NCBI GenBank assembly: GCA_038247415.1
Contig: JBBRUX010000008.1
Coordinates: forward strand, 41,991 to 105,990
Reading direction: 5' to 3'
DNA length: 64,000 nt
Source: Chitinivibrionales bacterium
Lineage (GTDB): Bacteria > Fibrobacterota > Chitinivibrionia > Chitinivibrionales > WJKA01
In this document: in pieces, positions 1 through 10,568 of the stretch
Layout of the letters: each line of letters starts with the position of its first letter
Position numbering within the stretch: position 1 is the stretch's first letter
Position numbers and translations under genes: made by a program
Notes under the pieces: model-generated
Database searches by the model: none
Seen by the model: only the letters and a program-made list of their open reading frames with translations
What the model was told of the DNA's origin: nothing

Positions 1-248
1 GTTTGAGAGGTGGTTGTATTTGCATCGGGAAGAACTTTCGTGGCCCTGATCCCGATTCGCTTATCTTCTATCTGCTGCTCAATAAGCCGTATGGCCTGGG
101 ATGTTTTATTCCCTTTGCTCAAGATTCCAATGCGCTGTTTATCGGCCCAGAGAACCATGGTAACAATTATGCCTACAATTGCCATGGAAATTAGCACTTC
201 CATAAGTGTAAAGCCCTGGGTGTTTTTGGTAATCTGTTTTTTTCTCAT
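1..248 (-). CDS. Prepilin-type (PilV-like) minor pilin/pseudopilin, 3' end runs off window
   Basis: Not in the ORF track. My translation from ATG at 248 is MRKKQITKNTQG/FTLMEVLISMAIVGIIV, a class III signal (G-F-T-L-M-E). The ATG overlaps the upstream TGA (ATGA). Confidence 0.85.
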   Translation of the reverse strand, partial: MRKKQITKNTQGFTLMEVLISMAIVGIIVTMVLWADKQRIGILSKGNKTSQAIRLIEQQIEDKRIGIRATKVLPDANTTTSQ

Positions 249-751
249 GGTGCTACCGTGACCTCTCCGGATTCTTTACTGATAGTGATTGTTTTAAGCG
301 TTGTACCACTTGGAAGTTTTATTTGAAATGATCCGCCAAGTTTTGCAGATCCATCGCCTCTAAAGATTATGCAATTATTTGTAATGCCAGAAATAGTTCC
401 AAAAAGCAGCGTTGGTGGCAACGCAATAAAAGCCTGATAAATTCTATCGGTGTTAGCAGTATAATTATTATCGGCGTTGTCGTCGTAAAAGAGGATAATC
501 CCTTTTTTTGTGGTTTCGAGAAAAACTCCACAATGTATTGCTGGATTTGCCATGGCTCGTGTTCGTGCAACATACAGGGAACTTCGCACGATAGAAACTG
601 CAGCTTTAAGACGCGAATTATTAAGCATCCCTGCCACCGAAACTTGGCCAACAACAGCCATTATGCCCACGATTGCAATAACAATCATAAGCTCCATGAG
701 AGTTACACCGGCAATGCTGCGAAACTTAGAAATTGGGGAGTATGAGTTCAT
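245..751 (-). CDS. FimT/GspH-like prepilin protein
   Basis: AG/VTLMELMIVIAIVGIMA methylation motif, ARTRAM helix and IIFRGDGSA typical of FimT/GspH. Start uncertain (751 or 784). Confidence 0.85.
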   Translation of the reverse strand: MNSYSPISKFRSIAGVTLMELMIVIAIVGIMAVVGQVSVAGMLNNSRLKAAVSIVRSSLYVARTRAMANPAIHCGVFLETTKKGIILFYDDNADNNYTANTDRIYQAFIALPPTLLFGTISGITNNCIIFRGDGSAKLGGSFQIKLPSGTTLKTITISKESGEVTVAP

Positions 752-952
752 GGTGAAAAGCCTGCGAAAATTATTTTTGTACACGGTATACTTTCCTTAT
801 ACTATATAATTATACCGCTTTGCGTAGATTATTACAATCAATTAGAAAAAATTAATTTGCGCGAAAAGGGCTGCTGCAGCGTGCGCAAGGTATTTTTCGA
901 AAAGAACTACGGCGGTTATTTTTTTAATTTTTTTTGCAGGATCTAGTTTGCT

Positions 953-1720
953 ATGGCGATTAAGGAAAGCATACATCCGTTTGAAGCTCTCACGTCGTTA
1001 CAGGGAGTTGCGGATATTGTTTATTTCAAGGAGATCGATTCGACAAATACCTATGCGAAAAAATCGAAAATAACGCCTGTGACCGGTGTTGTTGTGATTG
1101 TTGCAAAAAGTCAATCTGCAGGACGCGGCCAGCGCTCTAACACGTTTTATTCTTCAGCTGTTGGGGGGCTTTGGGTTAGTTTTGTTATACGGCTTGATAG
1201 CATCGAGAATCACTTTGTTGTCAATCGGGCGTTGTCACTGTCTATTGCCTCGGTTTTGAAAAGCCATATGCCATTAGCGCAGGTTTCTATAAAATGGCCC
1301 AACGATATTTATTGCGGATCAAAAAAAATATGCGGCATATTGTTAGAATCGGTATCGATTGATCCCCCTGTGATTGTTGCAGGGTTTGGGTGCAATGTCA
1401 ATAATGGAGGATCATCGTTTCCCAAAGATTTACAGACTATTGTAACATCGATGGTTGACGAAACTAGTGTTGAATTTGATGTGCCGACGCTTTTATCGGA
1501 AATCCTGCAAGATTTTATCAGGATACGTGATGATGACCAAGTTCAAGTGCATAGCCGCTATAAGAGCCTGCTTTACGGAATGTCTCGTGAGATTGAGATT
1601 AATGACTTACAAGGCGTATTTGATGGGGTAGAGGCTGATGGCCGGTTGAGGTTGATGCAAGGTGAAAACGTGCACTTGATTTCATCGGGATCGATGCGGT
1701 TTACGGGATCTGCTGCTTAA
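953..1720 (+). CDS. birA: Biotin--[acetyl-CoA-carboxylase] ligase (no HTH)
   Basis: DSTN, QSAGRGQ, KWPND, KKICGIL motifs. Confidence 0.95.
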   Translation: MAIKESIHPFEALTSLQGVADIVYFKEIDSTNTYAKKSKITPVTGVVVIVAKSQSAGRGQRSNTFYSSAVGGLWVSFVIRLDSIENHFVVNRALSLSIASVLKSHMPLAQVSIKWPNDIYCGSKKICGILLESVSIDPPVIVAGFGCNVNNGGSSFPKDLQTIVTSMVDETSVEFDVPTLLSEILQDFIRIRDDDQVQVHSRYKSLLYGMSREIEINDLQGVFDGVEADGRLRLMQGENVHLISSGSMRFTGSAA

Positions 1721-1745
1721 AAGTTGTCAAATAGAGATATGTGCT

Positions 1746-2498
1746 ATGAAACAAAATGTATTAGCGATTAATAGTGGCAATACTCATACCGATATTGGCA
1801 TTGTCGATTGCGATCAGCGTATAGCACGTGTACAGCAAAAAATTGCAACCTGCGATCTTGCTCTACTGCTTGACAAGTATCTCGATCAGTTAGCGTTGAA
1901 GGGCCCTCTTCCCGTGCACGCTTCTCTTGCTTCGGTGGTACCGGAAAATAATGAGTTTGTGTGCAGGGTTCTTGATAGTAGGGGAATAAAGATAACTCTT
2001 GTGCAGGGAGATTTATCTCTGCCTTTTTCTAATTCTTATGACAATCCGAAAGCTTTGGGCCCCGATAGAATTGCAGATTTGCTGTATGTATATGCAGTAT
2101 GCGCAAAAAAAACTTCTCTTGTGATTGATGCAGGAACTGCAATTACCATTGACCTGCTCAAAGATGGCACCGTTTTTTTGGGTGGTATTATTATGCCAGG
2201 ATTATCGCTTCAAAGCAAAGCGCTGCATTCGTATACCGCAAAGCTCCCGCTTATAGATCACACCGGCTTTAAGGGAGATTTTCCCGGACTTTCTACGCAA
2301 GCCTGCATTGGAGCTGGTGTGGTTTATGGAGTTGCTGGAGCGCTTGGGCATATCGTTTCAAAAATGACAGAAGGTAAACCAGTTCAGATTTTTGCAACGG
2401 GGGGTGCTTGGCCGTTTATTTCTGGGTATACCACGCTTGACGCAGTATATATTCCAGATATGACGCTTATTGGTACTGCGTTAGCCCATAGAGACTGA
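1746..2498 (+). CDS. coaX: Type III pantothenate kinase
   Basis: SGNT, LGPDR, IDAGTAIT, GGIIMPG, ATGG motifs; follows birA. Confidence 0.93.
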   Translation: MKQNVLAINSGNTHTDIGIVDCDQRIARVQQKIATCDLALLLDKYLDQLALKGPLPVHASLASVVPENNEFVCRVLDSRGIKITLVQGDLSLPFSNSYDNPKALGPDRIADLLYVYAVCAKKTSLVIDAGTAITIDLLKDGTVFLGGIIMPGLSLQSKALHSYTAKLPLIDHTGFKGDFPGLSTQACIGAGVVYGVAGALGHIVSKMTEGKPVQIFATGGAWPFISGYTTLDAVYIPDMTLIGTALAHRD

Positions 2499-2576
2499 TG
2501 AAGACGTTAGGTCGATTACGCTTGTGCACACGGTGGTGCGAATAGTAATCCCCGCTTCTGCAAAATCCCTGAGATT

Positions 2577-3503
2577 TTATTTTTTACTATCTTTCTCGTA
2601 TCCTGCTTCTCGTAAAAACCCGCCATTGTTACGCCAATCTGGTGTAATCTTAATATGCGTTTTAATGGTCACAGGAACTCCGGCAAGGCGTTTCATTTCT
2701 CCTTGTGCGCGTCTGCGCACTTTCTCAATTATTTCTCCACCTTTGCCAACAATAATACCGCGCTGCCCAACAGTTTCCACATGGATATATGCTTCTATTT
2801 CATGATGATCGGGGAATTCCTGGTACCCAAAAATTTCAACAAAAACAGAATGGGGAACTTCTTCGCGCGTGTTAAGAATAATATGTTTACGAATTGCTTC
2901 GGAAGCGAAATGGCGCATGCTGGCATCGGTTAGTTCTTCTGCATCGTAGTGGGCAGGGCCAATTGGTAAAAGCGGCCATAGCGCAGAAAGAAATCCATCT
3001 TTGAAGGTTTTGTCGATTGCCGAAATAATAAGAGAAGGTTTGTCTTTGAGGCATGGGAATCGGGTAAAAAATTCTTGTTGAACCTTTTGTGTGTTTTCTA
3101 CTTTGTCGCATTTGTTAAAAACAAGAAGAAACGGGAGGTTGCTCGATTGCACAAGATTTGCGGCACGATCCTCTTCTGCGCCAAAAGGACGCGTGAGATC
3201 TATCAGGTAGCAAATGCAGTCGGCATTTTGATTTTTAAATGACGATGCAGCTTCAGTTATCATGCGTTCATTGAGTTCGTGGCTACCCTCATGGATGCCG
3301 GGAGTATCGATAAATATGATTTGCTGCTTTGCATCGGTATAAATGCCTTTAAGGTTTTTCCTGGTTGTTTGCGGCAGGGGAGTTGCCAAGGCCAGTTCTT
3401 CTCCGATAAGCAAATTTAAAAGTGTAGATTTTCCTGCGTTGGGTCGCCCTATAAGGGCAATAAATCCGCAGCGAAATTCGGGATTAAGAGGAGGTGTATT
3501 CAT
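2577..3503 (-). CDS. era: GTPase Era
   Basis: GRPNAGKSTL, PQTTR, DTPG, NKCD, EEVPH, KH-domain IIVGKGG. Confidence 0.97.
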   Translation of the reverse strand: MNTPPLNPEFRCGFIALIGRPNAGKSTLLNLLIGEELALATPLPQTTRKNLKGIYTDAKQQIIFIDTPGIHEGSHELNERMITEAASSFKNQNADCICYLIDLTRPFGAEEDRAANLVQSSNLPFLLVFNKCDKVENTQKVQQEFFTRFPCLKDKPSLIISAIDKTFKDGFLSALWPLLPIGPAHYDAEELTDASMRHFASEAIRKHIILNTREEVPHSVFVEIFGYQEFPDHHEIEAYIHVETVGQRGIIVGKGGEIIEKVRRRAQGEMKRLAGVPVTIKTHIKITPDWRNNGGFLREAGYEKDSKK

Positions 3504-3506
3504 GGG

Positions 3507-4931
3507 TTATCCGTTCGGTTTTGGTTTTTGATTTTGTAAAGAAGTTGCTTGAAGTGCTAATGCCTCGTTGGCACATTGAATGGTACGAATTCTACGATTA
3601 ATAAGTTCTGCAGCAAGATAGCTAGAATGAACGGTCCAGTAAGCGCCATGCACCGTTACGATGCCTACTGCAATGCGTTGCTTCGGATCGGTGGGGTGGG
3701 CTGCATAACCGATAAACCAATCTATTTTTCCCAGTTTTTCTTCATCTACAGATCCTGTTTTTCCGCCGTATTCAAAATCGTTGAAACGAAATGAATTTTT
3801 AACCAGGCGAAACGCTTTGTGAGCCGTTCCTGTTTGTACTACTTCGCTCATAAGTTTGCCAAGTTTTTTTGCTGTTTGAGGCTTAATGGGTGTAAGCCAG
3901 GTAGATTGTGTGCTTGTGTAAATGGATGCGCCGGTTGCAATATCGGTAATACTATCAACGAGAAAAGGTACCGGTATTTTTCCATTTTCTGCAATAGCCG
4001 AAGCAATAAGCGATCCCATAAGGGGAGAAATGGTCGTTTCACGATTAAATCCACAGGCAAGTTCGCCAATTGCATACGATGAGTCACATGCTTTTATGCG
4101 CGATGTGTCAACGGGAAGTTCGAAGGGAATTGCCGTGGAAAATCCAAACTTGTGGGCATATTCAGAGAGGCCAGAGTATCCAACCATATACATACCGATA
4201 CGTGCAAAAATAGGGTTCATCGATTGTGCAAATGCTTTGCTAAAAGGAACTTCGTCGCCACCATTAATAATGGGCTGCAATTGGAATCGGTAAAGGGTAT
4301 AGCGGTTGCCAACTAGTTTAAGCGTGCTCTCTGGATTAAGCAGGCCCCGTTCCAGAACTGCTGCTGCGGTAATTGTTTTAAAGACAGATGCAGCGGGGAA
4401 GAGGGCTCTGCAATAAAGATTCGAGCCTAAGGGGGGCTCTTCTGGGTTTGTATACGAAACAAGAGAAAGAATACGGCCCGTAGAAGGCTCGATGGCCACG
4501 ATTGCCCCGTATTTTGGGTGGTACTGTTTTAAGAGGTCTTTGCCAAGCTTTTGTAGCGATGTATCGATGGTGTAATGAAGCAGGACACGATGGTTTTGCT
4601 GCATTACCGTGTCTACGGTTTTTGCGAAATCGGGCGGCACTTTAGAAAGAAAAGAGGCGATATCCTCGCGGGTGAGGGTACGTGAAAACATGCGTGACGG
4701 GAGGGACGCCGCATTTGATTGACGTTGTGCTATTTCTTCTGAATGCTTATTGTTTACGGAGCTTTTGGCAAAAAAGACGGCAGAATAGAGTTTAGCGCCT
4801 ACAAAACGGAAGAAAAAAAAGAGAATAATGATAAAAAAAACAACCCGGATTCTCCCTTTTTTGGGTATCCGGATTGTGTGGCCACCTAGCCTGACCGTTG
4901 AATATCCTGGTGCGGTTTTTTTAGCATGCAT
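3507..4931 (-). CDS. Penicillin-binding transpeptidase-domain protein
   Basis: N-terminal TM helix; SVFK (SxxK), SMN (SxN) and KTG motifs. Confidence 0.9.
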   Translation of the reverse strand: MHAKKTAPGYSTVRLGGHTIRIPKKGRIRVVFFIIILFFFFRFVGAKLYSAVFFAKSSVNNKHSEEIAQRQSNAASLPSRMFSRTLTREDIASFLSKVPPDFAKTVDTVMQQNHRVLLHYTIDTSLQKLGKDLLKQYHPKYGAIVAIEPSTGRILSLVSYTNPEEPPLGSNLYCRALFPAASVFKTITAAAVLERGLLNPESTLKLVGNRYTLYRFQLQPIINGGDEVPFSKAFAQSMNPIFARIGMYMVGYSGLSEYAHKFGFSTAIPFELPVDTSRIKACDSSYAIGELACGFNRETTISPLMGSLIASAIAENGKIPVPFLVDSITDIATGASIYTSTQSTWLTPIKPQTAKKLGKLMSEVVQTGTAHKAFRLVKNSFRFNDFEYGGKTGSVDEEKLGKIDWFIGYAAHPTDPKQRIAVGIVTVHGAYWTVHSSYLAAELINRRIRTIQCANEALALQATSLQNQKPKPNG

Positions 4932-4960
4932 TGGTTAGGCGAAAGGATCCTTTACCTATC

Positions 4961-7282
4961 TTAAAAGGTTATTGCAGTACATATTGATACGTTATTGTTA
5001 GCTATTAATGTGCTATTACTATTATAGCGGTAACCAAATCGTGAATCCCAAATAAGCGTAGCACCTGGTGTCATTTCTACTCCAAGCCGGTAACCATAAT
5101 ACATCGTGGGCGTAGGATCTAACAATTTATCTGTTGCCCCTGTAAGTGGATCGATTGATCGCCAAATATTTGTTTTAGAAAAATAGCCTTCAAGTGTTTT
5201 AACTTTTGGAATTTTACTCAAGATTATTTGGCCTATTCCAAGTTTTGCTTCTGCACGATGATCGAGCTTGTTGTTATCGCCAACTAAATATTGATAACTC
5301 CCATCGAGTGTGAGCACACTGGCGATATTGGCTGTGAGCGACCCATAAATACCATTGAGATTAACACTATCGAGCGTTGATTGCTTAGACAGAGGTGTAG
5401 GGTATCGTTGAACGCGTTCGTCGAAATAATAGGTGCCAAAATAGCCGGGCATAAATCGCCCAACGATATGCCGGTATTCGACCGATGCAGTAACAGGGCC
5501 AACGCGCAGTGCTACGCCGGGAGCACCAAATCCCCAACCGCTCGATATATCTTTGGTGCGGGGTTCGTTGTCATACGACATTCCGGCTTGTCCATAAATG
5601 TCAAGCCCAATCTTTTCTGCTTTAATAATTGGAATGCCTGCATCTATACCGATAATCGCAAATGCATCAACTGTGTCGCGGTAGGTTGTATCTATGGTGG
5701 AATACCGTGTCCCCAGGGAGTCGAAGATGGCATTTTCGGCGGAAATCGTTGGGGAACTTAATTTTATGATTGTTGCAGAATCTGTTGATCGAAGGGCAAA
5801 ATCCCAGTCGATAGGGCCATTCCCGTTTTTATCGCGTAAATTTCCATTGTAGCGCCATTTTTTTGCTGGTGTAAATTGATTAATATCTGTTGCATAAGTT
5901 GCCCCAATGCATAATTTATTAAGGAGTGGGGCGCTGGTTGCTTTAAGCGGGGTGAGTGCAAAACGAGCGGCAACAATTCCACCTTTGTCTTTAAACTCGC
6001 TAATGTCTGCTATCATGGTTTGCAACGTTAACCCCAGAGGTGTTAGGTCGTTTAAATACACCTGCAGACCGGGAAGTTTCTGATCGGGATAGTGGAGCAT
6101 ATTGGTAAAGCGATCAACAACAAATCCATATCCGAGAGATACATTAGATAACCCGCCAAATTTTACAAACAGAGGATCCTGTTCATGGCCAAATCGGATA
6201 TAGCGGATTTTGCGAAAAACACCTTCCTGCCAGTTGTCTTTGTCAAAGCGCCATCCTTTGTCCGAGAACTTCCCGTCGGGGGTTATGAAAAGTTCTGCAT
6301 CAACAAAAACACCAAATTTCCAAAGAGGAATGTCAACGCCAAAGGCAATACGTGTCCACTGTTTATCGGCTACTGTTACGCTGCTCACACCAAATTCGTA
6401 GCTGGGCTTTTCTCCTTTAGGCTTTTGTGCATCCTTGTGAGCTTTTTGTGCTGAGGTATCCTTGGCTGCCGAAGCGGGTTGATTGGGTTGTGCAGGTGAT
6501 GCTGGCACCGGCGCGATCTGGTTTGGTTGCTCTGGTGTCAATGGCGCTGCAAACGAATCTTTTGGAGCTGCCGATGCTGCTGGGATTGTGTCGGTTACGG
6601 CACCAACGGGAGTTTGTAAAGGTGAAACGTACGCAGGTGTTGAAGATACAGGTACCCCAGGAGAAGCAAGGGCTGGTGCCACGGTTTCGGGCTTGGGTGC
6701 GTTTGCCCACTCTGAAAGGGATGCGATAGCTTTTTCCGAAAGCGGCCCTTGCTTGACAGTTGCTGACATGGGATCGAATGATGCAAAGGTACCCGATGCC
6801 ACGGTAAAAAATTCTCCGCGAGGAGATTCAAGCCGCATCGAACCTTCTATGACTGCAACGCTAACCTCGTTAGATTTTGAGTAACGAATAGCAGCAGTGG
6901 TGCCCATGGGGCTAAAGGCGCAGCCTCCTGCAATAATAATCGTTTCGATAGAATCGTGAGGCTGGATTCGTTTAAGAAGTATTTGACCAGATATAAGTGA
7001 AATGGTTGCGGCTTTGGTGGCCGATTGAAGAATAACGACCTGCGTAGAGGCTTTAAGCAGTAGTGTTGTTGAAATTCCGATGCGAACAGTGCCGTTACCG
7101 GTGCTGTCTGTTGAGAGCGTGTCACCGGCAATAATGCTTGCAGAATCTTTGATGGATTGCCAGCCTTGCGTATCGCTAAAGTATTTACACCCGCTCCCAG
7201 AAAGCATGATTGGTGCAGTTTGTGAAACAACAACACTAACAAGTGATATTCCAATAAGGATTGCACGCATAACCAGGACCAT
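4961..7282 (-). CDS. Exported protein: FecR-like domain + Pro/Ala-rich linker + probable outer-membrane beta-barrel
   Basis: Signal peptide; GDTLST..G, PMGT, VAVIEGS FecR-like motifs; P/A-rich linker; amphipathic beta C-terminus ending in Phe. Confidence 0.6.
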   Translation of the reverse strand: MVLVMRAILIGISLVSVVVSQTAPIMLSGSGCKYFSDTQGWQSIKDSASIIAGDTLSTDSTGNGTVRIGISTTLLLKASTQVVILQSATKAATISLISGQILLKRIQPHDSIETIIIAGGCAFSPMGTTAAIRYSKSNEVSVAVIEGSMRLESPRGEFFTVASGTFASFDPMSATVKQGPLSEKAIASLSEWANAPKPETVAPALASPGVPVSSTPAYVSPLQTPVGAVTDTIPAASAAPKDSFAAPLTPEQPNQIAPVPASPAQPNQPASAAKDTSAQKAHKDAQKPKGEKPSYEFGVSSVTVADKQWTRIAFGVDIPLWKFGVFVDAELFITPDGKFSDKGWRFDKDNWQEGVFRKIRYIRFGHEQDPLFVKFGGLSNVSLGYGFVVDRFTNMLHYPDQKLPGLQVYLNDLTPLGLTLQTMIADISEFKDKGGIVAARFALTPLKATSAPLLNKLCIGATYATDINQFTPAKKWRYNGNLRDKNGNGPIDWDFALRSTDSATIIKLSSPTISAENAIFDSLGTRYSTIDTTYRDTVDAFAIIGIDAGIPIIKAEKIGLDIYGQAGMSYDNEPRTKDISSGWGFGAPGVALRVGPVTASVEYRHIVGRFMPGYFGTYYFDERVQRYPTPLSKQSTLDSVNLNGIYGSLTANIASVLTLDGSYQYLVGDNNKLDHRAEAKLGIGQIILSKIPKVKTLEGYFSKTNIWRSIDPLTGATDKLLDPTPTMYYGYRLGVEMTPGATLIWDSRFGYRYNSNSTLIANNNVSICTAITF

Positions 7283-7437
7283 AGATTCTCCTTTGAATCA
7301 GGGATGTCAATGTATGTAATTGATTGAAATCAGGATACTCGGCGTGCATTTCGGTTTGAAATGCATACTATAAATGGTACGATTAAAAATCGTATCTACC
7401 AATCAAAAAATCATTACTTTTTTTCATCGTGTGTATG

Positions 7438-8628
7438 CTAGCCTTGGGTTGATTGGGCTATTTGTGTACTGCTATATACATTGTTTACAGATTGAACAAT
7501 TCTATCCCATGAGAAATAATCGTGTGCGTGAGCAAATCCGGCCTCTGCTAACGATTGTGCCTCCAGTGGAGCATTAAATGTCGTGCATATCGCCAATGCA
7601 AGCGCCACCGGATCTTTTTGAGGGATCAAAAGCCCTGTTTTATTATGGGTGATAACATCAGGAATCCCGCCAACATTGGTTCCAATCACGGGCTTCTTAT
7701 ACGACAATGCCTCCAAAAGAACAACGCCCAACCCCTCTGTGTCGCCTTTGTGATCGATAATTGCCGGGAGTACAAAAACTTCGCATCGTGCAAAGAGATC
7801 TCTGAGTGTTTCGTCTGGAATTTTGCCAGGCAGGAAAACACTTCTACTTAAAGAAAGTTTTTCGGCCAAAGATTTGAGCTCTGGAACAAGCGGTCCGCCA
7901 CCAGCAATGGTGAGGGTTGCATCGGGATACTCTGCCAGAACAGTAGGCATACAAGCAATAAGATATTCGAAACCCTTACGTTCAACAACACGTCCAACAC
8001 TCAGAATTGCATGGGGCGTGGTGGGTCTGGTTTCTGGATTGGGGGGTATGGTAGAACCATAGGGAATAATGGTAATTGTTCTTTCGTATAAGGCCCGTAC
8101 TTTACTACCAGTAAATTCTGATATTGCTATAACACCATTGGCATTTTTAATAAACTGCTTTAAAAACAATGCAACAAACGGAAACTTGTTGACAAGAAGA
8201 AGCTCTGCGCCATAAAACGTGAGAACAACTTTTGTAGGCGCGCAGTGGCGCGCAACTTCCGAAAAAATGCCATGCGGAAACGACCAGTGTACATGGAGAA
8301 TATCGAATCGCTTGCGCAGATGCAACCACGATAGCCCCATGGTTCCGGCGGCAATATAAAAGAGCGTAATGATTTTATAATGCAGTTTATGAATCTTGTT
8401 GGGGGCCCCTTCGTCGTGGGTTAATGTTTCCCAGGGGGCTAAAAAATACCTAAATCGTTGTACTGGTATCCCATCGATGGCATGCGTTGCAAGTCCTCGA
8501 AAAGAAGGGACAAAAAGGGTAATGTCGTGGCCGCTTGCAGCCAGTTTATTGACAAGAATGCGTAACCAAGGAACTTCGTAGTCTTTGTGGTTGCGTGCGT
8601 AAACAGATCCGATAAAGCAAATTTTCAT
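7438..8628 (-). CDS. GT4 family glycosyltransferase
   Basis: VGRVVERKG, EGLGVVLLEA, GGIPDVI. Confidence 0.93.
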   Translation of the reverse strand: MKICFIGSVYARNHKDYEVPWLRILVNKLAASGHDITLFVPSFRGLATHAIDGIPVQRFRYFLAPWETLTHDEGAPNKIHKLHYKIITLFYIAAGTMGLSWLHLRKRFDILHVHWSFPHGIFSEVARHCAPTKVVLTFYGAELLLVNKFPFVALFLKQFIKNANGVIAISEFTGSKVRALYERTITIIPYGSTIPPNPETRPTTPHAILSVGRVVERKGFEYLIACMPTVLAEYPDATLTIAGGGPLVPELKSLAEKLSLSRSVFLPGKIPDETLRDLFARCEVFVLPAIIDHKGDTEGLGVVLLEALSYKKPVIGTNVGGIPDVITHNKTGLLIPQKDPVALALAICTTFNAPLEAQSLAEAGFAHAHDYFSWDRIVQSVNNVYSSTQIAQSTQG

Positions 8629-8640
8629 GGCGTAGGGTAA

Positions 8641-9567
8641 CTAGTCTATGGTTTCACGGATAGTATACGTTTTTTTAGGAGATGAATGTGTGATCATTTC
8701 TCCAACAAGCCCTATTGATATAAACTGTATGCCCATTATGATAGATCCCATGGATAAAAGTACCAGCGGACGAATATGCATACTGCCACTTCTGATCCAG
8801 TCTATGCCGAAATAGGACAAAACCGCACACCCTAAAAAGCCAAAGAGAAGCCCAATCGTTCCAAAAAAATGGAGCGGGTTCTTCATGTATTTACGCAAGA
8901 AGACGATCGTGAGTAAATCGAATGGTCCATTGAGAAAACGATTAAGCCCAAATTTTGTTACCCCATATTTGCGCTGGTGATGCGTTACAACAATTTCCGT
9001 TACCCGATAGCCATTCCAGTGGGCAAGAGCTGGCAAGTAGCGATGGCGTTCGCCATAAATCTCCAGCGATTTAGCAGCCTCTGCGCGGTACATTTTAAAA
9101 CCACAGTTGAAATCGTGAAGCTTGACACCAGAGATCATGGAGGTGAACCAATTAAAAAATTTGGAAGGGATGTTTTTAGAAAAGACAGGATCGAAGCGTT
9201 TCTTTTTCCAGCCCGATACTACATCATAGCTTTCTTCGATTTTTTTAAGCATATCGGGTATGGCTGTAGGATCGTCTTGTAAATCGGAGTCCATCGTGAC
9301 AATGATATCACCCGTGGCTGCATCGATACCTGCAGCGAGCGCAGCAGATTTTCCGAAGTTGCGGCTGAATCTGATTGCTTTGACATGGGTGGGAGCGTCT
9401 TTAGCAAGCATCTTGATTTGATCGTATGATCCATCGGTTGAGCCATCATCAATAAATATAACCTCGTAGGTTAAGTCTCTGGTGTCAAGAACAGCCGCAA
9501 TGCCGCGAAGAAGCTCGGCCAGACTTTCACGCTCGTTATACAAGGGAATGACAAGGGATATTTTCAT
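8641..9567 (-). CDS. GT2 polyprenol-phosphate glycosyltransferase (ArnC/GtrB-like)
   Basis: VIPLYNE, DDGSTD, RNFGKS, MDSDLQD; two C-terminal TM helices. Confidence 0.93.
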   Translation of the reverse strand: MKISLVIPLYNERESLAELLRGIAAVLDTRDLTYEVIFIDDGSTDGSYDQIKMLAKDAPTHVKAIRFSRNFGKSAALAAGIDAATGDIIVTMDSDLQDDPTAIPDMLKKIEESYDVVSGWKKKRFDPVFSKNIPSKFFNWFTSMISGVKLHDFNCGFKMYRAEAAKSLEIYGERHRYLPALAHWNGYRVTEIVVTHHQRKYGVTKFGLNRFLNGPFDLLTIVFLRKYMKNPLHFFGTIGLLFGFLGCAVLSYFGIDWIRSGSMHIRPLVLLSMGSIIMGIQFISIGLVGEMITHSSPKKTYTIRETID

Positions 9568-10568
9568 GGATTATGCGCTTTCGTTACGATATCGGGTGAA
9601 AGAGGATTCTGTGATTTTATTTTTCCTGTAATAAAAAATACCCCACCTGCAAGGCTTGCAATAATGCCAACCAGCGACGCGAGAAATTCCATAACTATTG
9701 CCCCGTGCGGAGTAAATCCTGCAAGTGCAAAAAGTCCTCCCCCGAGAGCTTCGCGAACACCAAAGGGTAACGGTACAATCATTAAAATAGCGAGTATTGG
9801 AACAAAAATAAAGAAATATTGAAAATTATGCATCCCCACCAGACCAAGCGACATCCCGCAGAGTATATGTACACCAATTCGTTGGACTTGCACAATGGTT
9901 GAAATAAGGCCAACCAGAACGATAAGACGTAGATTCGTTTTTTCTAGAAGTGCCTGATGCACAATCGCCTTGATTTGCTTATGTCCAGGAAAAGGAATGC
10001 TATGGAGGATGGGTAAAAAGATCTTTTGCAGCCGTGTTGAAACAAGAAAAAGAAGGAGCCCGGTAAATGCAATAAACGTTACAATAAGCGCTATAATTGC
10101 CGTGGTGAGTGCGCGTCCGTCAACCATGCCTTTGGCGAGCAGCACGCATGAACCAGCCACTGCAAAACCCATCATGGCCCACAGGCCAGCAAACCGATCG
10201 AGAAACGTTGCGGCGATGCTTTTAGTTCCGCTGTGGTTATTCATTTTAATGTAAGCGATCCGAACAGCATCTCCGGCTACAAGTCCCAGCATAAAATTAT
10301 TAAAGAAGGTTCCTATAAAATAAAGAGAAACAGTTCTACCCCATGGTAAAGTAATGCCCCTGCTAGACAAGAGTATATGCCATTGGATGGCGCCAAGGCC
10401 AATGCTTACTACAAATAAGCCTATCGCACACCAAATCCAGAAAGGGTTGGCAGCCATAATTGCATGTGAAATGGTAGCAAACCCTAGTCGCTGGACAATA
10501 AGCAGGAGAACCCCAAGGGTAATGAGGATTTTTAATGATGTTGAAAGTGCTTTGGGCAGTGCCTTCAT
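9564..10568 (-). CDS. Lysylphosphatidylglycerol-synthase-TM / flippase-like membrane protein
   Basis: Multi-TM; FFNNFM..GD..R, LDR and GVRE motifs; lies between glycosyltransferases. Confidence 0.8.
   Translation of the reverse strand: MKALPKALSTSLKILITLGVLLLIVQRLGFATISHAIMAANPFWIWCAIGLFVVSIGLGAIQWHILLSSRGITLPWGRTVSLYFIGTFFNNFMLGLVAGDAVRIAYIKMNNHSGTKSIAATFLDRFAGLWAMMGFAVAGSCVLLAKGMVDGRALTTAIIALIVTFIAFTGLLLFLVSTRLQKIFLPILHSIPFPGHKQIKAIVHQALLEKTNLRLIVLVGLISTIVQVQRIGVHILCGMSLGLVGMHNFQYFFIFVPILAILMIVPLPFGVREALGGGLFALAGFTPHGAIVMEFLASLVGIIASLAGGVFFITGKIKSQNPLSPDIVTKAHNP

Noticed and set aside
6420..6710. Tandem repeat in the Pro/Ala-rich segment
   Set aside because: Low-complexity protein linker (QPNQ twice) with no regular DNA repeat unit.
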